Source of the DNA: Octopus sinensis
Lineage: Eukaryota
Direction of reading: 5' to 3'
NCBI RefSeq assembly: GCF_006345805.1
Contig: NC_043001.1
Span: forward strand, 20,646,001-20,710,000
Length of the DNA stretch: 64,000 nt
The stretch's first letter is position 1; each line of letters begins with the position of its first letter. This document shows positions 37,931-51,510 of this stretch, one piece after another. Position numbers and translations under genes: made by a program. Under the pieces are notes generated by a model. It did not search any database, was not told the DNA's origin, and worked only from the letters and a program-made list of their open reading frames with translations.

Positions 37931-40588
37931 CAGTTAGTCCTTGGTAATTTGAGTTTGCCGAGTACAAATCTTTATTTTATTTTGCTCTATCAGGTCCTGA
38001 TTTTGGGTTATAACTTTTGATGAAATTCATAAAAGCAAGTCTCTCAATAGCTTTTGTTAAAGCTTTTTCAAATGCCGACAAAAAGGCACCCGACACATTC
38101 TGCTCTGTGCATGCCTACCCATATACACATGTACATTTGACTGACTTTGAATAGAAATAAGGAAGGTGAATTTAATTGAATGGATGTCAGAGAAGAATGG
38201 TTCAGCCGAATTTAACTTAATTCCATTATGTCAAAAATTACCTCTTGACACAATTTTTTTTTCCATACAGGTGTGGTAAAAGCCTACTAGCCATGAGACC
38301 AATTGCTACTTTTGCTGTCTAGAGTTCAGGCAACACTAAGAAAAATAAACATTGTATCAAGTACCCAAATTTCGATACTGTGATACGACCTGTGCTACAT
38401 TCAAATGAAATCCCCATTCCAATATTTAAGGGTCTACCACTTCAAGAACCAGTTGAAGAGGTTCAGACTCTGATGGGTCTGATATTTATTTTGACCCTAG
38501 CTTATTTGGAAGTCAAATGATTTGCAAAAGTTTAACCAGGACAAGATGAATGATCTTGTAAGGGATCTAAATTTGCCCAAAAAAGCTGTGGAAATTGTAG
38601 CTTCAAAACTTAGATAGAAAAACTTGCTTACTTCAAACACATACATTATATTTTACAAAAAAAGAGAACAACTTCTTAAATATTTAAGAACAGAGGATAG
38701 TTTAGTATATAGCTGCATCATACCTGGTTTGTTATTGGAGATGGGGATTGAGTCTTATGATGCAAATGATTGGCGTTTGTTTTTATACAGTTAAAAAAAA
38801 AAGTAAGTGTTGTTGCATAATGGCAATCTATACAGCTCAATACTGATTGGGCACTCAAGAAAATTAAAAGAAAAGTATGAACCTCTAGCTGAACAATAAT
38901 TCTGTGCTGATGAAGGAAAATAACCCGGAAATCACAATACACAGATATTGTTTTGAGCTGAGTAGGGGTGCTAGATTCCGTTGTTGGAAAATATAAGGAC
39001 ACAGATCGTATTGTATAGCCAGCTGGAGATGATGTCTCCTGGGGCTAAATTACAGCAACATTCGTCCTAAACCAGGACTGCCATGTTATGTTGGCAAATA
39101 ATCTTTACTCTAAACTACTGTTGCTAAATATCTCTCATTGTGAGATTTACAGATAGTAATTTTAATAGGTGCAGGAGTAGCTGTGTGGTAAGTAGCTTGC
39201 TTACCAACCTCACAGTTCCATGTTCAGCACCTTGGGCAAGTGTCTTCTATTATAGCCTCGGGCCAACCAAAGCCTTGTGAGTGGATTTGGTAGACGGAAA
39301 CTGAAAAAAGCCTGTCATGTGTGTGTGTGTTTGTGTGTCTATGTATGTTTGTGTGTCTGTCCCCCCAACATCGCTTGACAACCGATGCTGGTGTGTTTAT
39401 GACCCCCGTAACTTAGCGGTTCAGCAAAAGAGACCGATAGAATAAGTACTAGGCTTACAAAGAATAAGTCCTGGGGTCAATTTGCTCGATTAAAGGTGGT
39501 GCTCCAGCATGGTCACAGCCAAATGACTGAAACAAGTAAAAGAAAGAATATAGAAAAAGTTTTAAATCTTATCAAATATAGGGAACATGAGTGGATCATA
39601 TGAGTTGACTTTAAAATGGTTAAATTTCTGCTAGGACCACAAGTAGGGTATACTAAATATCCCTGCTTCCTTTGCTTATGGGAGAAGCAGAGCCAAGGAA
39701 GAACATTGTTTCAAACAAATGGCCAGCATGAACATCACTTATTGTCGGAGAAAAAAATGTAACTAATCCACCTTTAGTGTTCAGAGATAAAATCATATCC
39801 TTTCCTCTGCATATCAAACTAGGCCTCATTAAACAATATGTAGAAGTTTTAGATACGAATAGCAAGTGTTTCAAATACATAACTTCAAAAGTAATGGAAA
39901 AAAGTCAAGGTGGGAATTTTCAACAATCCACAAACAAGAACATTAATTAAAGATTGCAATTTTCCCAATGTCATGGATGAACACGAAAAAATGCCTGGTT
40001 CTCATTCATGGACTTCATAGAAAAGTTTTTAGGCAATTATAGGGCAGATAACTACAAAGAAAATGTGAAAAAACAATTTCTAAGGGACTACATAGGTTGC
40101 AATATGAGCGTAAAAATGCATTTTATAAATAGTCATCTTGACCAATTTCCAAGTAATTTAGGTGGTGTAAATGACAAACAAGCAGGAGATTCCACCAAGA
40201 TGTCAAAATTATAGAGGAACAGTACCAAGAATACTGGGATTCCCAAATGATGGTTAATTGTTGTTGGTGCTTGAAAAGAGACCTTCCATCAACAAGCAAA
40301 TACACTAGAAAGTCTTATAAAAGAAAGTTTTTGCCAAAGTGAAGGCTTCGTTTTTCTTTATTTTTTGTATTTTAAGTCATTTCTATCATTATAATGTAAT
40401 TTTACTGAAGTTTGAACTGCTTGTATTCATGAAAATTGAAAATGAATTTGAACATTTTGTAATTTTTTAGTTCTAATCTAAAAACTCTGGAAAATGGCAC
40501 ATAGGCTGTTGATAAGAATCAAGACCTGATAGAGCCAAACAAAGTCAAAATTTGTATCCAGCACACCAAAATTACTTAGAATCAAGTG
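37931..40588 (+). mobile_element. Decayed Chapaev(3)-like DNA transposon with disrupted transposase
   Basis: Imperfect ~70-bp TIRs (cagttagtccttggtaattt... / ...aaattacttagaatcaagtg). Peptide remnants include SHETNCYFC, MNDLVRDLNLPKK, DWRLF, GYTKYPCFLCLW and GCNMSVKMHFINSHLDQFPSNLG. Stops, frameshifts and a nested insertion at ~38882-39548. Superfamily from recalled motifs. Confidence 0.7.
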
Positions 40589-41039
40589 TCAGATATCATT
40601 CAATAAAATATGTGTTCTCCGGGGTTATCTGAGGACACTGGTAGAAGAGGTTTCCCAACTATCATCAGCTTTTACATTTTTACACAGATTTTCTCAAACC
40701 ATTCTTTCCTTTACTACATTTGCTGTACCTACAAATTTGTAAAAAAAAAAAAAATTTTTACAAGTGCTGTGTCACAAAAAGGCTCTCTGTACACTCTGAA
40801 GAGGTTGACATCAGGAAGGGCACACAGGTGACAAAATCATGCCAAAGCAGACATTGGAACATATTGCAGACCTTTAACTTGTCAGATTTTATCAAACCAT
40901 CTAATCTATGTCAGCATGGAAATCAATAGTTAAATGACGATGATGGTGGTGGTGGTGTGCTTCAATATTTTTCACATACTTCCCCACAACAACAACCTAC
41001 TTAGTATTACAGCTAGGAAAATAACTCTTCAGTAACCTT

Positions 41040-41400
41040 TCAGACACAAGCATCAATCTCACATGACCTAGACAGCTCACACCAGAAATGCATTAACTCC
41101 ATGGGCAAAGAACTTGACAGAATCTCCCAATGGAAACAACACAACCTAGTCTCTTTTAACAAGACCAAAACACAGTTCCTTCATGTGTATTTCTGTACGA
41201 TCAAAACACATGACCTAGCACTGTTTCTATTTAAAAACAACTCAACTAAAACTTGACAAATATTACACTTTACATGGCAACTAAATATTTTTCACATTGC
41301 CTAAACTGAATCTGAAAGGCTAAGAGGCTATAAACAATCTCACTTCTGGATAACTGCTGATATTATATAAGACCACCCACTAAAGTACAGGTCATAAATA
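41040..41400 (+). mobile_element. Degenerate CR1/Jockey-group RT thumb fragment
   Basis: KELDRISQWKQHNLVSFNKTKTQ resembles the DLxxIxxWxxxNxLxFNxxKT motif. Confidence 0.5.
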
Positions 41401-41659
41401 TGATACAGAACAGCTGCTACACTAACATTCTAGACTACATTAAAAATAAAAGCTATCCAACTACAGAAGCCCAGGTATGCTTGTGTGATTAAAATATTCA
41501 CTTTGCAACCATATAGGTTCAGGTACAATTCCACTGTGTGGTGCTTTGGGATATAAACCCAGGCCAACCAATGTCTTGTGAGTGAAGTTGATAGATGGAA
41601 AGTGAGTGTCAGTTTTCTTGTATGTTTGGTCATGAAAGCCTTTTGTAACTCCCTCAGTA

Positions 41660-42430
41660 AGTTTGTAAAGTACTCTTAAATTGACAGTGTGGCCCTTTTG
41701 AAGATAGTCAATAAACACAATGCTTTTTGCATCCCCAAAAAACTGAGACTATCACCTTCCCTGCAAATGAAATGACCTTGGCCTTCTTTTGAGCAAGTAA
41801 GGAGGAGTGTTTTCAATGCACGAATTGTTTCTTTGTAATCAAAAATCATCAACCAAATATTCACCTGGGTTAAGAATCATTCAAGGAAATCAGGAGGCTC
41901 TGTTTCAAACAATGTCAGATTTTCCTGTGATGTAACCAGCCGAGTGCACTTTGGATCAGGTGTCAGAAAACGTGACACCCGCCAGGCAGAAACTTTCATC
42001 ACGCTAAGTTCATTGTGCAGAATATTCTTAACTCTCTCACGGGATATGCTACTAGCATTGGCTGATTTGTAGTCAATCACCTGCCATCCATCACCATACG
42101 ATGAACATGATCAATGTTTTCATCGGTGGTGGTAGTTGCAGGATGTCCAGACCTTGGGTCATCGTCAAGACTCTCTCTTCCCCTCCTGAATTCAGCAGCC
42201 CACTTTTGCACTGTTGATGAAGCAGGAGTGTCATCCCCCTAATGTAGCAACCATGTCAGCCTGAATATCCTTGGAGGGAACTAAACCCTTTTTCTGCAGA
42301 CATTTAATAACCACAATGCCAGATTTTGTCCATTTTCAGGAAAAGTCACTACTAAGTTACTTTCAAAGTCATTTTTGTTGGAAAGAAACAAAACTTCACT
42401 CCTTCATAGTCACTATATGAACTTTTCAAA
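41660..42430 (-). pseudogene. Mariner transposase remnant (HTH and start of the catalytic domain)
   Basis: SISRERVKNILHNELSVMKVSAWRVSRFLTPD (WVPRxL-like motif) and FIDYLQKGHTVN, with frameshifts. Confidence 0.75.
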
Positions 42431-43197
42431 CGCCACCCCACCACCCCTACCCCTCTTATACCCTCATTCCACAACACTTAAACATTTAACTAAAACTTTT
42501 ATTCCTGTAATCTTGTGAGACTTTCTCCGCATCCACTTATTACCTACAAACATCATCAATCTGTAAACACTGAGGCTGAATATCAAGCACATTGACCTCA
42601 ACCAATCTGGGAGGGGCTGAAAAGTTATCATAGATATTACCTCCTGGTTTCTAGGCTAAATATACAATTAAAAAAAAAAATTTTTTTAGATACATCTCAA
42701 CATCTGTTCTTCTTCCACAGCACTAATTTAATTATTATGAAACAAAAGAAAGACAGCAGAGTAATTACTTTGATTAGTTAATTTGGAATGATGCTGACAG
42801 GCTTACATTCACTTAATTTGAATATATGTGTTTTTGTAGCAACTAGTAATGCGGTAGTTTGCTTCAAGGAGAAATTATAAAAAATTTTATCTTCATATTT
42901 CTACCTGTATTATTATTATTATCATTATTATTAAGGTTGGGAGAATCATCAGCATGCCAGACAAAGTGCTTAGTAACGCTTCGTCCATCTCTATATGAGT
43001 TCAAATTCCACCAAGGTCAACTTTACCTTTCATCCTTTTGGGGTCGACAAAATAAACACCAATAGAGCACTAGAATTAACATAACCAACCCCTAGCCTTG
43101 TGCCAAAATTTAAAACCATTGTTATTATTATTGAGTGAGAGAACAGTGCATGCCATCAAAGTGACACTGGGGTAAAATATACGCAGCCCAGTATATT

Positions 43198-44184
43198 TTA
43201 CCCCAGAGTTTGAAACTTACTGATAGACATTGCAAAGCTGATACGAATAGGAAATTGCACTTTTCTGAATGAAAAAGGAATTTCTGCTCCCAATGGATTG
43301 AGAGGAATCCAGGATATGAAAACATCCTCTCCTTTTTCACATCCAGAGAGAATGGTGACCTCAATAACATGTGGCATTGACTTCTTTACCACTAGGTGTG
43401 TACCATTTCAGAGTGTTGGTGGATCCAAATTCCTCAGTAACATTACTGCAGTTTCCACTGTGGGGAGGTAGTCCTGGAGGCTCCGACGAACTGAGAAATT
43501 TTGTTGGGTAATTTACCACCTCTTCTGGATCTGGAATTGTATCAACTGACATACAGGTGTGAGGACTTCAGAAAGGTACTGCAGCAGCTGCTCATTAGTT
43601 TTACTTACAGTATTGCTATTTGGAGCCAGTATTGCTATTTCACACAGCCAACTGAGATTGTGATCATTTTTTGACCAATGGAGGATCTCCTTTTTGGAGA
43701 TATTATATCAAGATATATGATGTAATAAAATAAGATGACAATTGTACATGAATAATGAAATGTCAATAAAATAAGGTAAATAATATCAATATCTTAGCAA
43801 GTTTTAAGAAACAGACACAAGGAAGTGAGATGGCACTGTTATGTTAAAAATCAAATGTCAATAAAGAACACTAATTAATATCAATATTTTAAAAAGATGA
43901 AAAACGTTCAGCAGATTAATCACGCTGAATGTAAGGAAGACAATCAATTTCTGAAAGTTACTTCATAAAGAGTTACCTCTCTTCTCCATGTAACCCAGGG
44001 AAGGAAATGTTGTGCTCCCAGAGGCCCGTTACTCATTATGTGAAAAATTTTAAGAGTCTAAAACCATCTCTGGAACATAAGTGATGTATGTTCCCAATTT
44101 GGAGAAAATCAGATGTGAACTTCATAAGTTATGTAGGTTTACACACACAAACCACAGACAACCAGACTTTTATATATATATAGA
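43198..44184 (-). mobile_element. Internally deleted Helitron with PIF1-type helicase remnant
   Basis: 5' end A|TCTATATATATATAAAAG at 44184. Peptides SVDTIPDPEEVVNYPTKFLSSSEPPGLPPH and GEDVFISWIPL...FRKVQFPIRISFAMSISK match the Helitron helicase C-terminus. Confidence 0.75.
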
Positions 44185-44473
44185 TTATTATTATTATTAT
44201 TTAAGGCGGTGAGCTGACAGAATTATTAGCAAGCTGGGTGAAATGTTTAGCGGTATTTCGTCTGCCATTACATTCTGAGTTCAAATTCCACCAAGATCAA
44301 CTTTGACTTTCATCCTTTCAGGGTTGATAAATTAATAACTAGCCGAGTACTGGGGTCAATGTAAACAACTATCCCACTCCCCACAAATTCCAGGCCATGT
44401 GCCTATGGTAGAAAGGATTGTTATTTACATTATTTACATTTGACGGATGATTGTTCTCATCTTGTTTGTTGTT

Positions 44474-44519
44474 AACACAACGTTTCAGCTGATATACTCT
44501 CCAGCCTTCATCAGGTGTC
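44474..44519 (-). ncRNA. Putative minimal hammerhead ribozyme (mirror copy)
   Basis: Minus strand: GACAC-CTGATGA-AGGCTGGAGAGTATATCAGCT-GAAACGTT-GTGTT. Confidence 0.6.
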
Positions 44520-44741
44520 TTGGGGGAAATTTTGAACCTGGGTTCTCATTCCTAAGGTATTTTTCGATGTTGTTGTTATTGTTATTGTTATTAACCACTT
44601 AACCACTATGGGCATATGGCGTAGTGGTTAAGAGCGTGGGCTAACCCCAAGATTCCGAGTTCAATTCCAGGCAGTGACCAGAACAACAATAACAATGAAA
44701 AATACCTTAGGAATGAGAACTCAGGTTTGAAATTTCCCCAA

Positions 44742-44787
44742 GACACCTGATGAAGGCTGGAGGGTATATCAGCTGAAACGTTGTGTC
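44742..44787 (+). ncRNA. Putative minimal type I hammerhead ribozyme (Penelope-type, dimer-dependent)
   Basis: GACAC-CTGATGA-A-GGCTG(gagggtatat)CAGCT-GAAACGTT-GTGTC: 5-bp stem I, 5-bp stem II, ACGT palindromic stem III, GUU site. Confidence 0.65.
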
Positions 44788-46349
44788 AACTGAAAACAAG
44801 ATGAGAACAAATACCTGTCAATTTTAAATAATGTACATAATTCCTCATCTCTTAAATACATAACAGGATTGTTATTATTATTAAGGTGGCAAGCTGGCAG
44901 AATCATTAGCAAGCTGGATGAAATGCTTAACATATCTCACCCGTCACTATGTTCTGAGTTCAAATTCAGCTGACGTTGACATTGCCATTAATTTTTTCAG
45001 GATTGATAAATTAAGTACCGGTGAAACACTGGGGTTGATATAATCGATTATTCCTTTCCCCTAAATTTCAGACCTTGTGCCTAGGATTAGTATTATTATC
45101 ATCAACAACAATGGTAATAATGATAATAACAATATCATTATATGCTTTCAGATATTATATTTTACATAATTATTGAATATATATATATACATAGCGAAGA
45201 AGTTAGACAAAGAAACTGCCTGGAAACACTATGCATAAAATAACACAATGGGACACATATTATTATGTGTATCACTGATGTTATCAATTTACAGTAATTG
45301 TAAATTTATTCAATAAATGCTGTCCTCAATTCTGGAGCATTACTTTTTAATTACAATGTTTCTGAATGCAAGCAATAAAACAAGAAAAATTTTTCAAAGG
45401 ATTTTAAAAGAAGTAAGATATACTTATAAATTTAATGACCTGTTTCACTAACTCTTGTTTTACTGAATCTGAATTTAGATGAAATATTATCTTGGCAGTT
45501 TTAAGTATTTTTATCTCCTTTCAAACTTTTGATAGCATACATTTAACTCTATGTGCTTCTCATATCTAGAAATCAATAAAAGCTTGTGGTATTCTATTCT
45601 TCATAGCAGCCACAAGGTTTTTATACAATAATGTTACTAAATCGGTTACATATTTGGAGAGGAAATAAAAGTAAACACGATAATTTCTTCCAGAAAAATT
45701 TCTTTTTCAGTGAAAATTTCATTAAATAAAATGAAATTGCAAACATTTCAATTTATTTTACATGTGATGGACTAATACATGATTTATTTTAATTAAATTA
45801 AAAAGTTATTATTTTTATGCAGAGATGGAGATTTATTTGAATATCATTGTGCATCACTGCCATCATTCACTCCATCTAAACATATTTGACTATAAAAAAA
45901 ATTAGATGCTACTGTTTTTGTCATGTCCGTTTGCTTGATTGGTTGCTTGAGTGACCAGTCATGTATCTAAGAAATTACTGAAGCTAGAAGGTTAAAAAAA
46001 TGTTATCAATAATTACTTAGCAAAATGTAAATTTTATTTTTCATTCTTTTTGTTTTTCCTTTCCTAAGAAATTATTTGAAAGTTAAATATGCATCCCAGC
46101 TGCAGTCAACATGTCATACACTGGGTGAGATGCTGATAGCCTAATAAAAAGAAACAAATATATTCATTTTCACAAATGTCATTTTTTTCAGATATTAGTG
46201 ACCACAATTATGAGTAATGCAAAACAGATTCACAGAATTAACATCAAGCTGATAATTTAAACAAAAAAAAAAAGACTATCAGCCTGATTATTCCATAATT
46301 AATAAAGAACCAATACATTGTGATTTATGAATAAATATGAATATACAAA

Positions 46350-46893
46350 ATCACATTCGATGACTGGCATCCGTACTAGAGGGGTACTAAGAGCACCATA
46401 CGAGTGTGATCGTTGACAGAGCGGTTAACCGGCTTTTGTGCCAGTGGCACATAAAAGGCACCATTCGAGTGTGATCGTTACCAGTATTGCCTTACTGGCA
46501 CTTGTGCCCGTGCTAGTAGGGTGCTAAGACCACCATCCGAGTGTGATCGTTGCTAGAGCAACCAACTGGCTTCCGTGCCAGTGGCACGTAAAAGGGCACC
46601 ATTCGAGCGTGATTGTTACCAACGTTGCCTTACTGGCACCTGTGCTGGTGGCATGTGTAAAAAGATTCAAGCGAAGTCGTTGCCAGTACCGCCTGACTGG
46701 CCCCCATGCCGGTGGCACGTAAAAAGCACCCACTACACTCTCGGAGTGGTTGGCGTTAGGAAGGGCATCCAGCAGTAGAAGCCCTGCGAAATCAAGATTG
46801 GAGCCTGGTGCAGCCATCTGGTTCGCCAGTCCTCAGTCAAAATCGTCCAACCCATGCTAGCATGGAAAGTGGACGTTAAACGATGATGATGAT
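46350..46893 (+). mobile_element. RTE LINE 3' tail with expanded variant-Y minisatellite
   Basis: Multiple ggcaccattcgagtgtgatcgtt units, then the conserved tail. Confidence 0.78.
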
Positions 46894-49189
46894 ACAGTCA
46901 TATTCTTATATATGTAATATTACTACATATACAGTTTGGAATAAAGATTGAACTGACAAGTTTCAATGTTGTTTAGCAACGTATTAAGCTTAACTCACCA
47001 CACTACTCCCAAGGTGTTGAGATAAGGTAGCAAAGTGTTACTTATTGAAAATGCAAACAAAACTAAGCCAGGCACATTCACATTAATGGTACACATGGGC
47101 TAATTTCACAGTGATATTAAATGCAAATGAATAGGACTCAGCATATTTAATTATTTTTCTAAATACAACCTCTTCATCATTTTACTTTTTTTTTTGTTTT
47201 TTTTTTCTATGCTGATAATGACTGATATGGAAAGGTTGTCCAATGTGAGCCAGACTTAAGAGCACCCACTTTATTACTCTGCATCAGTTCTTATTTAGAA
47301 TTACTGCTCTCCAAACTAGCAATACAGCTTGCAGAGTCCACACCTTTTACATGTGCTAAATTTCTTTGACATGGTTTCTACAGCTAGACGCCCTTCCTAT
47401 TTACAGAGTGAACCGAGTTTATTTTCTCTACTCTATATCAGTTCTTATTCAAAGTTACTGCCATCACAGACAGTTAACTTGTTATGCAACTTACAGAGTC
47501 AACATTTTAATTGTGTGTTCTCTGCATGCAGAGAAAAATTCCTGTTATTTTCATTTGTTAGCTATTAGAGGCTCTAAAATTGTGGTCTTTCTCTTGAATG
47601 ATACCTATTTCTTTACTACCCACAAAGGGCTAAACACAGAGAGGACAAACAAGGACAGACAAACGGATTAAGTCGATTACATCGACCCCAGTGCGTAACC
47701 AGTACTTATTTAATCGACCCCGAAAGGATGAAAGGCAAAGTCGACCTCGGCGGAATTTGAACTCAGAATGTAGTGGCGGATGAAATACCACAAAGCATTT
47801 TGCCCGGCATGCAAAAATTTCTGCCAGCTCGCAGCCTTGAATGACACCATTAGTGTTGAGGACAGAGACTTGCATTTTGGAGCAGCCACTAGGATTCCAC
47901 AAAGAAAAAAAAAACCCTTGCCAATCCCTGCATGCACAGTTGCATATAATATGGTAAACTATGACAGACAGAGGACCTTGGATTTTATGATAATAAATGG
48001 TTTGAACATTTTAAAATGAATCCTTTTCTTGATGTAAAAGCCTTAAATCAAGAGAACAAACTAACTCATCAGGGACAATTCTGATGGCATACATCTATAG
48101 TTTCTCTTGTTTTGATTTCACTGACAAGACTTGGGTCAACACAAGGTTGTGGTAGTAGATATGTAGTCCACAGTTCTATCAAACAAACTCAAAACCATGC
48201 AATCATGAAATTTCTTAACCTACAAAGCTATGTCTGCACCCAGTGGTGGAATTAGTAGTTTACTTAGAGATAATCCATTTCTTCAGAGTCCTTCTGATAA
48301 GGACGTCTTTATGGTAATACTATAATGTTTTTCAATGTTTATATGTGTGCCAAGTAGGAAAAGCATGTTGATCATGATAATCTTATACTTAACAAATTTC
48401 AGAAGTTAGACATTTCTGTACGTATCTTTAAATCTGATTTCTAATCACTGGTAGTCCTATCTTAGTTTATATGATTCCTCATTATGATAGAATAATTTGT
48501 AGAACAATAAACAAAAAATCTTCCTTTTCAATGGCACTTGCTTTCAACAATAATGAATAAATAGAAATAAAACTTCTTTAAATACTTGACAACGAAAACC
48601 TCTCATCATCATCGTCGTCGTCGTCGTCTTTTAATGCCTGCTTTCCATGCTGGCATGGGATGGACAGTTTGACTGAGGACTAGCAAGCCAGAAGGCTGTA
48701 CCAGTCTCCAATCTGAAGTGGCAAAGTTTCTACAGATGGATGCCCTTCCTAACGCTAACCACTCCAAGAATGTAGTGGGTGCTTTTTACATGCCACACGT
48801 ATATGCTATATGAAAGCTGATTATTAATTAGTTTAGAGTATGTAACTTTATCAAAAGAAAGCAATTATTAAAGTGTACACTGTCTAGAAAATGTTCATAA
48901 ATTCTGATTATAATATATTTTCATACAAATGTAATTTTGAAGATTCTTTTATTATTGAAGATTTCAACTTCACGATTCAATCACAAAACTAATTTTTATC
49001 ACTGTAACATGGGCATTTTACACTGTAACATAGCATTTTTTAAACATCTCTGTTTATAATTCTTCTGGAAATGAAAAAGTTGCCCAAATATTTGCAACAC
49101 TACTTCTACAGACATATCAATAAAAAAACAGTTCTCTAAAGTGTAAGTTTAATCCAGCATCAGCCAAATTATGTTGATTCCAATATTCT

Positions 49190-49608
49190 TTGCGGTGACA
49201 AGTAAGCGAACCATCCGATCGTGGCCGTTGCCAGCGCCACCCCGACTGGCCTCCGTGCTGATGGCACGTAAAAAGCACCATCCGTTCGTGGCCATTGCCA
49301 GCCTCGCCTGGCCTAAAAAGCACCATCCGATCGTGGCCGTTGCCAGCCTCGCCTAGCCCCCGTGCCGGTGGCATGTAAAAAGCACCATCCGATTGTGGCC
49401 GTTTGCAAGCTCCGTCTGGCACCTGTGTGGGTGGCACGTAAAAAGCACCCACTACACTCACGGAGTGGTTGGCGTTAGGAAGGGCATCCAGCCGTAGAAA
49501 CACTGCCAAATCAGACTGGGCCTGATGCAGCCTTCTGGCTTCTCAGCCCCCAGTTGAACCGTCCAACCCATGCTAGCATGGAAAGCGGACGCTAAATGAT
49601 GATGATGA
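49190..49608 (+). mobile_element. RTE LINE 3' tail (variant X units)
   Basis: aaaaagcaccatccgatcgtggccgttgccagc units, then the tail. Further tails at ~28080-28265 (+) and ~48600-48800 (-). Confidence 0.78.
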
Positions 49609-51231
49609 TTTGTTGGATACTGTTCAAAACAATAAACTGAAGACTTTTACATGACTAAGTTAACATAATGCCTGATTTCTTCATAAATTTTAATGCTGTC
49701 TTTTAGTACTTGATATTGTTCTAAATTTATTTACTGTGCAACTGAGTACTATTAGACAAAGGATACAAAGGAAAATTACATGTAACACATGAGTAAAAAT
49801 TACACAAATTGGGAATCAAGTGTATAAATATTATTCAGAGATTAGCAGAAAACCACCCAGAGGGCAGTCTCCCTGCTAGTATATACAATGAAAGAATTAA
49901 TTTATATGATTGTTGATGGATTACATAATTTTTCTTGAATACATATTGCAAAATCTATACTGTTTGATTATATACGCCAGCTATCAACTAATATACAAAC
50001 AATCTAAGAGAATATGCAAGCTTCCTCTTACTTCAAAGCTGATCGATATGCTGCTAAACCAGTATAACAATTCTTTAGTCATAAAATCTAATAAACAATT
50101 CTTTCGTAATAAAATCTCTGTGAAGGCACATGGCTAAGTGGTTAGGGTGTTGCGCTCATGATTGCTAGATTGTGGGTTCAAATTCCTGGACCAGTGGCAT
50201 GTTGTGTTCTTCAGTGAAACATACGATTTCACATTGCTCTACAGAGCACAGTGCCTAGAGTTTAAATATATCAAAATAATACCCGGCTGTCAAAATACAG
50301 ATCAAAATAGGGATTCGAGATAAGACTGGAAGTGTAAAACAAATAGATAAGAAAATCTTGCAGAAATTCCATGAGTCACTAGCATAAAAATTAAGGCCTC
50401 TTGAGAAAGTAACCCAGAACCAATATACCTAGAATATAAGGCAGAAAGCTGGAAGAATTGTTAGCACACTGGGAAGAATGCTTAGAGGTATTTCTTCCTT
50501 CTTTGCATTCCGAGTTCAAATGTTGCCAAGGTTCAAATTTACCTTTCATTTTTTGGGGGTCAGTAAAATAAGTACCAGTGGGAAATGGGGTTGATGTAGT
50601 CCTAAAATTCCTAATTTCCTAAAATTGCTGGCCATGCGCCAAAATTTGAAACCAGTATCCTGAGAATGTCGTATTGAAACCTCATCACGTTGCTACCAGG
50701 ACAGAAGAGTAAATATCAAATCAATGATGCTGAGATTTAAACAATGTTATAAACTTTCTGATATCTTGTCATCATTTAAGCTTCTTCTTTTTCAACACTG
50801 GCATATTCAGACCTTGGACTATACTTGAGCTTGATCAAGACTCAATATTTTTCAACCCTGAAGAGGAAGTACAGCCTTTTGTAATTTTTCTCAAGCATCT
50901 TAAGTGAAATCCAATATTTTCATACTTATTTTTACTATTTCTTGATTTTCCTTTCATCCTAGCTATCTCCCATTATCACCCACATCACACATCCATAGTA
51001 CAGCTGCTTTGTCTGTATACACTGACTCATACCTTTAACATGCAGCTCAATTTATCTCAACTTTCAGACAAAGTGATATAGCTGATCAATATAAAACTCT
51101 TTCCCCAACAACCTAAACTGTTAATACTTGGATTTCACTACTCTTTAACTGTTCGGGTCTTAAAGACACTTCACTCTTGTTCACTTGTGACCTGGATTAT
51201 AGTGTGACCCAAATTATATTACTGTTCATAA

Positions 51232-51462
51232 GGCGGCGAGCTGGTAGAAACGTTAGCATGCCGGGCGAAATGCGTAGCCGTATTTCGTCTGCCGTTACGT
51301 TCTGAGTTCAAATTCCACCGAGGTTGACTTTGCCTTTCATCCTTTCGGGGTCGATAAATTAAGTACCAGTTACGCACTGGGGTCGATATAATCGACTTAA
51401 TCCGTTTGTCTCTCCTTGTTTGTCCCATCTGCGTTTAGCCCCTTGAGGGCAATAAAGAAATA
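51232..51462 (+). mobile_element. tRNA-derived SINE family B with a Meta-domain-like core, full length with a 16-bp TSD
   Basis: TSD tatattactgttcata at 51215-51230 and 51463-51478. Core gttgactttgcctttcatcctttcggggtcgataaattaagtaccag resembles the MetaSINE domain. Other copies at ~16228-16705(-, two), 23505-23710(-), 42935-43110, 44203-44425, 44882-45090, 47608-47836(-) and 50447-50655. Confidence 0.85.
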
Positions 51463-51510
51463 TATATTACTGTTCATATACTTGAGATAGTACTTTTGAT
51501 ACACATTTAA

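Larger units (their letters stand above)
44426..44864 (+). mobile_element. Composite retroelement: inverted tail + tRNA-like head + Penelope-type tail, flanked by a 12-bp TSD
   Basis: aggattgttatt at 44414-44425 and 44865-44876. Arms ~44426-44585 and ~44682-44840 are reverse complements. Central head has A box TGGCGTAGTGG (44617) and B box GAGTTCAATTCC (44657). Confidence 0.8.
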
